Assembly: GCA_043228905.1 (NCBI GenBank)
Contig: JBHGNT010000375.1
Coordinates: 1-30,339, forward strand
Length of the DNA: 30,339 nt
Direction of reading: 5' to 3'
Origin: Azolla caroliniana
Taxonomy: Eukaryota > Plantae > Polypodiophyta
Shown: positions 9,999 to 19,738 of the stretch, in pieces
How positions within the stretch are numbered: the stretch's first letter is position 1
Layout: each line of letters starts with the position of its first letter
Notes under the pieces: model-generated
Told to the model about the DNA's origin: nothing
Databases searched by the model: none
The model's input: only the letters and a program-made list of their open reading frames with translations
Made by a program: the position numbers and the translations under genes

Positions 9999-10619
9999 TG
10001 AAGTGCATGCTTTTTATAGATAGAGATCGAGCGGTGCAGATCGCGCACGCTATTTGAAACGTGTACTGCACCGTCTTTGTCCGCGATTGCCTCGCCAAGC
10101 CTAATTATTATTATGTGTGTGTGTTTCCCTTTCACATTCATTCAATCAAACTCCAATTTTGAATACAAAAAGAAGACAGAGAGCTACAAAATACAGGGAT
10201 ACAAAAACAGAGCTCTCTCTCCTCTTTGCAGACTCAAACAGGGGATTGACTGAGTTGTTGGTTCAAGCATTGTTATGGTACGTCTTTTCTTCTGCTTCTA
10301 CGTTTGTATGTACATGTATTTTGGGCATGTGTGTATGTATGCATATATGTACATGCCTTTTGTACATGTATATATACTCTTGGCTATGTACCTGTTTGTA
10401 TGTTTTTGTGAACTACGTATATATGTATGCAGAGGGAAAGCTTCAATGTAGCCCAAAGGTTAGAATAGTGCACAGATAATTAGTAGAAAAAATTGGAATG
10501 ACCTGATCATATAATTTGTTGACATGGCCATCTTAAGGAAATAAGGCAAACTGAAAGGTTTTTGGGAAACCAAAGAAAAGACCAGTGGAATTTCTGTAAT
10601 TTGGGCAATTTCCCTAAGA

Positions 10620-10860
10620 TGTGTATGTGTGCGTGTCTGTATACATACATATATCTATCTATATGTATGTATACTTCTATACATGCATATATGTACTTAC
10701 ACACACACATATACATATACAAACGTACATACATACATACATATATGTATGTATGTTGGTATGTATATACATACATACATACATACATACATATACACAC
10801 ACAAACATACTTGTATATGCATATACATATACTTATGTATGTATTTATGCATGTAACGTA
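10620..10860. repeat. Compound (TACA)/(TA)/(CA) low-complexity tract; paralogous tracts near 13650-13780, 18835-18925 and 27180-27255
   Basis: Read directly from the sequence. Confidence 0.85.
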
Positions 10861-11259
10861 TGATCACATCAACATGGTTTAATTCCGAAAGCGAAAAGCA
10901 AATTTAGGTCCACTAAAGAAGGGCCCTTGAGTCTTAATACATTATCCAGAACAACATTTCAAAGCATTGAAAAAAAGTCAAATCATTTCATAAGACTGTG
11001 GACCATTCCTTAAGAGTGAAGAAGACCTTCAAACGCATCTCATTCATCATCATCATCATTCTTATCATACATAAGTAACTAGAATTTGTTCAATATCTTC
11101 CACCTCAATTGACTAGCATTTCTTCCACCTCTCTCACATACATATATCACCACCACCATTATTACTCATCTTATCTAGTTTCAGCACTAGAAGAAGATGT
11201 AAAGATGTTCAAACTACTTCTTTGCATCCATTACTTTAAGCACAGCTAAACCCATCACC

Positions 11260-13305
11260 ATGACTACTCTCTATTACCTTCTATTTCTCTTGTCCTCTCT
11301 TGGACTGCTACGAACCTCGGATTCTTGCACGAGAGAAGAAGCCGATGCCCTTCTCCGGTTTATGAATGTAGTGAACACAACATCTCTCAAGAAGGGTTGG
11401 GGTTTAAGCAACAGCAATGGGAGCTGTTGTGATTGGGAAGGTGTGATTTGTGATGCTATTTCTGCACAGATTGTAGGCATTTCTCTCTCCAGCAAAGGTC
11501 TATATGGGAGGTTATCTCAAGGATTAGCCGACATTCCATCTCTTCAAGTTCTCAATGTTTCTAATAATCACTTTTATGGGCCTCTCCCACAAGACCTCTC
11601 AACACTCTCATCCCTTCACACTCTTGATGTCAGTAGCAACAGTTTTTCAGGCCAGCTCGCTGATGTATTAGTGAATTTCAGCTCTTTGCAAGTGCTTAAC
11701 CTCTCTATCAATGGCTTCAATGGTAGCTTGCCTCCCTCTTCTTTAAGGAATTTGAGCCTCTTGAGGCTATTCCTGGCTAAGAGCAATGATTTAAGTGGAG
11801 ATTTGCCACTCACCCTATGCCAAACTGCCCCACTCCTTCAAGAGATGGATCTGTCCTTGAACAACTTCTCAGGAACAATCTCAAAAGGTCTTGGACTTTG
11901 TGGCTCTCTCCAAGTATTAGATCTTGGTTACAACAACTTGGTGGGTAACCTACCCCAAGATCTCTACAACCTAACCTCATTAACAATCCTTCAACTCAGA
12001 AATAACCATTTCGATGGCCAACTAGATAATGCTATTGGGAACCTAATCAATCTCTCTCGTTTAATGTTGGGTTCGAACAACTTCACTGGACAACTTCCCT
12101 CAAACCTCTCCTCATGTACGAACCTCAAGGTATTCATCGCGAATGGAAACAAGTTCAATGGTTCATTGGATGCTGTCCGATTCAATCAATTCCCGATGCT
12201 AGAGAACCTTGATCTCAATAGCAATGCTTTTGTCGGCCCAATCCCATCCTCATTAACTAACTGTCCAGCGCTCCAGAGCATAAACTTTGTGAGCAACAAA
12301 CTTTCAGGGGAGATCCCATCTTCTTTGTATCGATTGAAGAACCTAACCACGCTCTTGCTATCAAGCAACAACCTTAACGGCAGCATAAGATCACTTGATG
12401 GGAGTGAACACCTAGTCAAAGTGATCTTATCCATGAATGTGTTCAATGAGGCACTACCCAATACCATGCAAGGGTTCATTAATCTACAATTTCTCTCTCT
12501 CAATAACATTGGCGTATCTGGTTTGATTCCTAAGTGGTTAAAGGATAGTAAAAAATTACAAGTGCTTGACCTCTCAAGGAACAAACTAACCGGATCAATC
12601 CCCCCATGGATTGGCTCTTTTCCTCATCTTTTCTACCTAGATTTATCCAACAACTCATTGTCCGGAAGTATACCGCATGAATTATTCTTGTTGCCCGCAT
12701 TGATAAGTGTTGATAACAACCTAACTGGATTGCAATCAGTGGTTATCAACCTTGACATAAAGCAAACACTCTACTTCTCAAACTTCCCATACTTAGAACT
12801 TTCTACGTCCTCTATTAACCTCTTTCACAATCTCCTTGAAGGGTCTATACCTTCAGAAGTCGGTGCTTTGGCCAATCTTCAAGAGATGAATTTGAGTTTC
12901 AACAATTTGTCGGGAAACATCCCAGAGATGATGGCTAATATGACTGATCTACAATTGCTCGATTTATCACGCAACTCTCTCACTGGCAAAATACCTTTGT
13001 CATTGATGAAGCTCACTAATCTTGGTCAATTCAATGTTTCATACAATCAACTAGAGGGTATAATACCTCTCGGCAATGGATTCTCGAGGTTTTCTAACCA
13101 AAGTTATGAAGGAAACCCAGGATTGTGTGGTGCCCCTTTACCTTTTCCATGTGAGAATGATGTCAAACCCAACTCCTCTTCAAGTAGGAGAAAAAGCCCT
13201 ATTATAGCCACTGATATTCTTGAGCCAATTGGTGTGGTTATTGGTTATGTTGGAGTGTTAGTGGGTTGGTTAACTTGGAAGCTTACTAGGAGAAAGATTG
13301 GATAA
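11260..13305 (+). CDS. LRR receptor-like protein, copy A (681 aa; PSKR/RLP2-like ectodomain, no kinase), intact and intronless
   Basis: Signal peptide, LRRNT cap (C..E..ALL.F..W..CCDWEGVIC), 17 plant-type LRRs + island + 4 LRRs, C-cap YEGNPGLCG..C, TM with two GxxxG motifs (GVVIG, GVLVG) and a short basic tail KLTRRKIG. Confidence 0.93.
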   Translation: MTTLYYLLFLLSSLGLLRTSDSCTREEADALLRFMNVVNTTSLKKGWGLSNSNGSCCDWEGVICDAISAQIVGISLSSKGLYGRLSQGLADIPSLQVLNVSNNHFYGPLPQDLSTLSSLHTLDVSSNSFSGQLADVLVNFSSLQVLNLSINGFNGSLPPSSLRNLSLLRLFLAKSNDLSGDLPLTLCQTAPLLQEMDLSLNNFSGTISKGLGLCGSLQVLDLGYNNLVGNLPQDLYNLTSLTILQLRNNHFDGQLDNAIGNLINLSRLMLGSNNFTGQLPSNLSSCTNLKVFIANGNKFNGSLDAVRFNQFPMLENLDLNSNAFVGPIPSSLTNCPALQSINFVSNKLSGEIPSSLYRLKNLTTLLLSSNNLNGSIRSLDGSEHLVKVILSMNVFNEALPNTMQGFINLQFLSLNNIGVSGLIPKWLKDSKKLQVLDLSRNKLTGSIPPWIGSFPHLFYLDLSNNSLSGSIPHELFLLPALISVDNNLTGLQSVVINLDIKQTLYFSNFPYLELSTSSINLFHNLLEGSIPSEVGALANLQEMNLSFNNLSGNIPEMMANMTDLQLLDLSRNSLTGKIPLSLMKLTNLGQFNVSYNQLEGIIPLGNGFSRFSNQSYEGNPGLCGAPLPFPCENDVKPNSSSSRRKSPIIATDILEPIGVVIGYVGVLVGWLTWKLTRRKIG

Positions 13306-13651
13306 GATTGGGCTAGAGAATGTCTCAATGTCTCCTTTATCTTCACTAAGATGATGAATCTTTAGGGATGGAGGAGAAAAAAGATCCATCCAAATTTAGA
13401 CTTCTCTTTTTTTAATGGCCATAAAGGACATCCAAAGTTGAGTGATGCTTGTTTAAGCAAACCTTTTGTGATTTCTACATAACAAACTACATTCTACAAG
13501 TGCTTGGATTTTCTTTTTTCTGTACACATTGTATAAACATCGGTAATTCGTGTTTTGTGCTTTCTTTCCTAGTTGTAAGAAAGAATGATATGCCAAATTC
13601 TTTTGTTTTATTGCTTAATTCTAATATGTTGTGCTCATAAATATTCATGTT

Positions 13652-16500
13652 ATTTACATACATATATACATACTGATACATATATGTATATATATACATA
13701 CATACATATACACACACAAACATACTTGTATATGCATATACATATACGTATGTATGTATTTATGCATGTAACGTATGATCACATCAACATGGTTTAATTC
13801 TGAAAGTGAAAAGCAAATTTAGGTCCACTAAAGAAGGGTCCTAGAGTCTTAATACATTATCCAGAACAACATTTCAAAGCATTGAAAAAAAGTCAAATCA
13901 TTTCATAAGACTGTGTACCATTCCTTAAGAGTGAAGAAGACCTTCAAAAGCATGTCTTTCATCATCATCATCAATATTATCATACATAAGTAACTAGCTT
14001 TTCTTCAATATCTTCCACCTCAATTGACTAGCATTTCTTCCACCTCTCTCACATCCATATATCACCACCACCATTACTACTCATCTTATCTAGTTTCAAC
14101 ACTAGAAGAAGATGTAAACATGTTCAAACTACTTCTTTGCATTCATCTACTTTAAGCACAGCTACAATCCCATTACCATGACTACTCTCTATTACCTTCT
14201 ATTTCTCCTGTTCTCTCTTGGACTGCTACGAACCTCGGATTCTTGCACGAGAGAAGAAGCCGATGCCCTTCTCCGGTTTATGAATGCTGTGAACAAAACC
14301 TCTCTCAAGAAGGGTTGGGGTTTAAGCAACAGCAATGGGAGCTGTTGTGATTGGGAAGGTGTGATTTGTGATGCTACTTCTGCACAGATTGTGGGCATTT
14401 CTCTCTCCAGCAAAGGTCTTCGTGGGAGGTTATCTCAAGGATTAGCCGACATTCCATCTCTCCATGCTCTCAATGTTTCGAATAATAACTTATATGGGTC
14501 TCTCCCACAAGACCTCTCCTCCCTTCACACTCTTGACATCAGTGGCAACATATTTTCAGGCCAGCTCTCTGATGTATTATCGAATTTGAGCTCTTTGCAA
14601 GTGCTTAATGTCTCTACCAATGGCTTCCATGGTAGCTTGCCTCCCTCTTCCTTAAGGAATTTGAGCCTCTTGAGGAATTTCCGTGCTAGAAACAATTATT
14701 TAAGTGGAGATTTGCCACTCATCCTATGCCGAACAGCCCCATTCCTTCAAGAGATGGATGTGTTCTTGAACAGCTTCTCAGGAACAATCTCAAAAGATAT
14801 TGGGTTTTGTGGCTCTCTCCAAGTATTAGTTCTTGGTGATAACAATTTGGTGGGTAATCTACCCCAAGATCTCTACAACCTAACCTCATTAACAATCCTT
14901 CAACTCAGAAATAACCATTTTGATGGCGAAGTAGGTAATGCTATCGGCAACCTAATCAACCTCTCTTATTTGATGTTGGATTTGAACAACTTCACTGGAC
15001 AACTTCCCTCAAACCTCTCCTCATGTACAAACCTTAAGATATTCACTGCAAAAGCAAACAAATTCCATAGTTCATTGGATGTCGTCCGATTCGATCAATT
15101 CCAGATGCTAGAGAACCTAGATCTCAATAACAATGCTTTTGTCGGGTCAATCCCATCCTCATTAACTGAGTGTTCAGTGCTCCAGAGCATAAACTTTGCG
15201 AGCAACAAACTTTCGGGGGAGATCCCATCCTCATTAACTAACTGTTCAGCACTCCAGAGCATAAACTTTGAGAGCAACAAACTTTCGGGGGAGATCCCAT
15301 CGTTTTTGTATCGATTGAGGAACCTAACCACACTCTCACTATCAAACAACAACCTTAATGGGAGCATAAGATCACTGGATGGGAGTGAATATCTGGTAAG
15401 TGTGATCTTATCCAAGAATGTGTTCAATGAGACACTACCTGATAGGATGCAAGGGGTAACTAATCTACAAGTGTTCGCCGTCGGAGACATCCGTCTCTTT
15501 GGTTCCATTCCAGAGTGGTTGAAGAATTGCACAAAACTACAAGTGCTTGACCTTTCGTGGAACAATCTAACCGGATCGATCCCACCATGGATAGGGTCAT
15601 TTCCACATCTTTTCTATTTGGACTTGTCTAACAACTCTTTCTTCGGAAGTATACCGCCCGAGCTTTTCTTGTTGCCGGCGCTAATAAATCACGATAACAA
15701 CCTAACGACATTGCAATCCACACAAGTTTCAGAGTTTCCACCATCGATTAACCTCTCCCACAATCAACTACAAGGGTCTATACCTTCACAAGCCAGTACT
15801 TTAATCGTGATTTTAATCATGGATTTGAGTTTCAACAATTTGTCGGGAAACATCCCAGAGGCGATCGCCGATATGACTTATCTATATAGGCTCGATTTAT
15901 CACACAACTTTCTCACTGGTGGAATACCTTCGTCATTGGCAAATCTCATGTTTCTAGTTTATTTCAATGTTTCGTACAATCAATTGGAGGGTTCAATACC
16001 TCTCGGCAACCAATTCTCGATATTTTCTCGCAATAGTTATGAAGGAAACCTAGGACTTTGTGGTGCCCCTTTACCCTTTCCATGTGAGAATGATGTCAAG
16101 TAGGATAAAAATCCCGATTATAGCCACTGATATTCTTGAGCCAATTGGTGTGGTTATTGGTTATGTGGGAGTGCTAGTGGGTTGGTTAACTTGGATGCTT
16201 ATTAGGAGAAAGATTGGATAAGAATTTGGACCCTCTTATTTTATTTTTTTATTTATGAATGGCCATAAAGGACATCCAAAGTGCTTGTTTAAGCAAACCA
16301 TTTGTGACTTCTAAATAACAAACTACATTCTACAAGTGCTTGGATTTTCTTTCTTCTTTACACACTTGTATAAATGTCGGTAGATTTGTGTTTTGTGCTT
16401 TCTTTCTCATTTTGTACGAAAGAATGATATGTCAAATTTTGTTGTTTTACGGCTCAATTCTAATATGTAGTGCTCATAAATATCCATGTTATGAGGTGTC
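13652..16500 (+). repeat. Tandem segmental duplicate of ~10740-13650 (upstream region + gene + 3' region; start-to-start period 2918 bp)
   Basis: The ~500-bp upstream regions and the 3' flanks are near-identical; the junction lies in the TACA tract near 13652. Confidence 0.9.
14178..16103 (+). CDS. LRR-RLP copy B (641 aa), truncated before the TM helix: secreted LRR protein or young pseudogene
   Basis: Uninterrupted ORF with signal peptide, 22 LRRs and C-cap. The stop is created by a 17-bp deletion relative to copy A. The TM/tail sequence persists out of frame at 16104-16221. Confidence 0.8.
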   Translation: MTTLYYLLFLLFSLGLLRTSDSCTREEADALLRFMNAVNKTSLKKGWGLSNSNGSCCDWEGVICDATSAQIVGISLSSKGLRGRLSQGLADIPSLHALNVSNNNLYGSLPQDLSSLHTLDISGNIFSGQLSDVLSNLSSLQVLNVSTNGFHGSLPPSSLRNLSLLRNFRARNNYLSGDLPLILCRTAPFLQEMDVFLNSFSGTISKDIGFCGSLQVLVLGDNNLVGNLPQDLYNLTSLTILQLRNNHFDGEVGNAIGNLINLSYLMLDLNNFTGQLPSNLSSCTNLKIFTAKANKFHSSLDVVRFDQFQMLENLDLNNNAFVGSIPSSLTECSVLQSINFASNKLSGEIPSSLTNCSALQSINFESNKLSGEIPSFLYRLRNLTTLSLSNNNLNGSIRSLDGSEYLVSVILSKNVFNETLPDRMQGVTNLQVFAVGDIRLFGSIPEWLKNCTKLQVLDLSWNNLTGSIPPWIGSFPHLFYLDLSNNSFFGSIPPELFLLPALINHDNNLTTLQSTQVSEFPPSINLSHNQLQGSIPSQASTLIVILIMDLSFNNLSGNIPEAIADMTYLYRLDLSHNFLTGGIPSSLANLMFLVYFNVSYNQLEGSIPLGNQFSIFSRNSYEGNLGLCGAPLPFPCENDVK

Positions 16501-19000
16501 TCTATGATTGAAAAAACAACTAGAATAATCATTAATAAACAACTAGTGGTAGTCACTAGGACCTCATAACACTTTACAGAACTCGAATCGGATGCCCGAG
16601 TGGAAAAGTTATGGTCGTTTGGAGGTTTATAACAAAAATACAATTTACAGTGGTAACTAGCAGTTTGACAGCAGAATCAATGGTTCGATTATCTAGAGCT
16701 TGTGACAAGGAGCGTGCAAGATTTTATGATACATGAATTGGAGTTTGGAAGCCCTAGATCCAGACTCCGGAAGGATTATTTTAAAATTTAAAATTGTTAG
16801 AGACAATTTAGTAATTGTGCCAAATGGAGGGGGGTCAAAATCGAGATAAAGTAGGGTCAGTTTTGTAATTTGTGAAAAGGTTGGGTCGACCATTTAAAGG
16901 TCAAAAGTATGTATTTAAAACTATCGAGCCAAACCGTATTGAAACGACGTAAAGGTGAACAGGGAGACAACCTATTGCACAAGCGCCGAGTTTTATTGTG
17001 ATGACTAAGCTCTGCTAACCAAGGAGCCCAAGGATCCAATGTACACGACACATTTAACTGGTATGAAAAAGGAAGCAAAAACAAGCTCAAAGCAAACATT
17101 AGAAAGGGGAAAAGAAAGAAAAAAGGAACGTAAATTATCAATGCGGTTTACAGGAAAGCCTTCCCAAATAGACAATGTGAGTTCAAGTTTTGTTAAAGCA
17201 CCTTTCGACAAATGACACTTGTAAGAGCCATTCAATAAATTCAATTTCTTTCCCCGAAGACTTGGCATCTAGGTCATCCACAATTTGAAGTAGTTTAAAC
17301 CATAAACCATGTTGTAGTTTGAAACCATTTCAACCACAAACTATTAAGTTGGTAAAGTCTCAAATTAGACCCTTGAACCCCCCAACCAAACAAAACCATT
17401 TGCAAATATCTAAACTTGAACATAACCATTTACATGTTAAGATGTAGTTTTTATGGTCAAATGCAGTCAAAATCAAACCGTTCTCGATAGCACAAAAGAA
17501 GAGAGTAAATAGGCTTAAAATATCCATGGGCTTGAAAGGAAAGAAATATGCTTGAAAGGAAAGAAACACTTTTAGAAAAAGAGTATATACACAGTGTTGT
17601 TTGGATGCCCTAGTTCCCCAAGAGCTTAAATACATGATGCTATCTTAAGTAGTAGACAAGATTTTTTCAAATGCGCATTTCTTTCGAGGACAAAAAGAGA
17701 GAGTCCAATAGGTCATATTTGACCTTCTAGAATAATAAAATCTATCTCTCAAAACTTGAGCATCCACTAATTGAATTCTTTAATAAGATTGACTGTCATC
17801 CCCGCAATTTGGATGTGGCAACATTTCCATGGCAATTCAACTTGCATTCCAATCCTCTCCTTCTTAGAGGGTTGTTTGGGTTTTAGCTGAACATGGGAGT
17901 GGAACTTGATGTCGGTCTACTCTTCTACTCACATATCCACAATTTTAAAACGAAAGAATGGTCTACATCCTACCCATACAATATTCAAGATTGGTTCCAC
18001 GAAGTTATCAATCCACTAGGAGAGCCACCCGGAGTTCATGTGGTGCCTCCCTCTTCAACCACACACACACACACAACTCCAACGTTTGCCAAAGCCTAAG
18101 CAGTACTTCTTATGTTGCTATTCAACTAGCTATTGCTACAACCACTCCCTAATGAACACCGTACCAAGGAACTTATTCATGATCATGATTCTGTTCATTG
18201 ACGATATCAATATTCCTAACCTAACATTCAACTACAACTATTTCACATCCGCTTGACATATCCTTTGTTTCAAGAACCCAAATACCATGTGTGTGTGTGA
18301 GTGTGTGTTTCCCTTTCACATTCATTCGAACTCCTTTTTTATAGTAAACACTTTTATTACTAGTGACATTCATTCAAACTCCTATTTTGAATACCAAAAG
18401 AAGACAGAGAGCTACAAAATACAAGGATATAGAAAAAGAGACCTCTTTCCCTCTTTGCAGACTCAAACAAGGGATTGACTGAGTTGCAGGTTCAAGTATT
18501 GTTATGGTACTTCTTTTCTTCTGCTTCTACATATATACAGGTATTTTGGGCATGTGTATATACATGCCTTTTGTACGTGTATATATACTCTTGGCTATGT
18601 ACTTGTATGTATGTGTATATGTTAGGTATATGTATGCAGGGGGAAACCTCCAATGTAGCCCAAAGGTTTTTCCTTTCTAGGGAAAAATGTGCACATACAT
18701 ATATGATTGTGGAAAAAATTGGAACTAATTGATCATATAATTTGCCATCTCAAGGAAATAAGGCAAACTGAAAGGAATTTGGGAAATCAAAGAAAAGAGC
18801 ACTTCAATTGAATCTGTAATTTGGGCAATTTCCGTATGTATACGTATATCTATCAACATATATGTATGTATATTTTTTTATACATGCATATATGTAAATA
18901 CACACACAATATACATATGTACATATAGCTTTTAAAACAAAAATCATTACAATAAAGCTATCACAATTGACTAGCATTTCCTCCACCTCTCACAATTGAC
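16222..19000 (+). repeat. Paralogous spacer block, repeated at ~20618-23517 and partly at ~28712-29720; its 3' part (18290-19000) matches 10114-10700
   Basis: Shared colinear strings, e.g. GGTTGGGTCG..CCATTTAAAGGT, GCCATTCAATAAATTCAATTT, GGAGTGGAACTTGATGT, TGTGTTTCCCTTTCACATTCATTC. Confidence 0.85.
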
Positions 19001-19738
19001 TCCTTTGCATCTATCCACTTTAAGCATGGTTCCACCCATCACCATTACTAGTTCTTAGCAATTTAGTCTATAGTTTTTAATCCTAGGCCTGAAGTTGCGT
19101 GGTCTAATTTCTATAATGTCAATAGGGCTTGCTCATGAGACCACCTCCACAACATCCTCTTCTTCATGTTTTGTTTTCATAAAATTAGAAAGCAAAGCAT
19201 TAACAAAATCACGACACTATCAATATCATAATCATGATTCATCCCCCAACTAAGGTCTCCTCACAATCTATAGAATCAATACGTTTCTTGTCATTTGAAT
19301 TTTTCACAATCTTTGTCATTACAACCATCGACCCGCTTCTTGTTGTCCTGTCACATCCTACTATTGATCAATTGCAAAATTCTGATAGCTTTTCAAAATC
19401 TTTTGAAACAAAGACCCATTCTTTAATAACAATGTCACTCCTCTTCTCATAACATATATATATATATATATAACCTCCCTCCCCTGTTTCTCTAATGTTC
19501 TCACATAACATATACATATGTAAAGCCTTGCTCTGTTTCACTTCAGTAATCTCCTTTCTCCTCAATTCACTACCATTTCTTCCACCTCTCTCACATCCAT
19601 ATCACCACCACAATTACATCTTATCTACATTACATCATTACATCTTATCTACCTTCAGCACTACAAGAAGATGTAAAGATAACATGTGTACAGATGCTTC
19701 AAACTACTCCTTTTGCATGTATGTATCCACTTTTAAGC

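Noticed and set aside
10507-10882. Y/I/H/M/C/V-rich ORFs (also 13487-13797)
   Set aside because: Translations of TACA/TA/CA microsatellites.
13306-14177. Downstream kinase exon making copy A an RLK
   Set aside because: No kinase motifs seen anywhere in the window; the tail stop position is conserved in all copies.
11274-15565. Minus-strand ORFs overlapping the RLP genes
   Set aside because: Antisense shadows of LRR codon periodicity.
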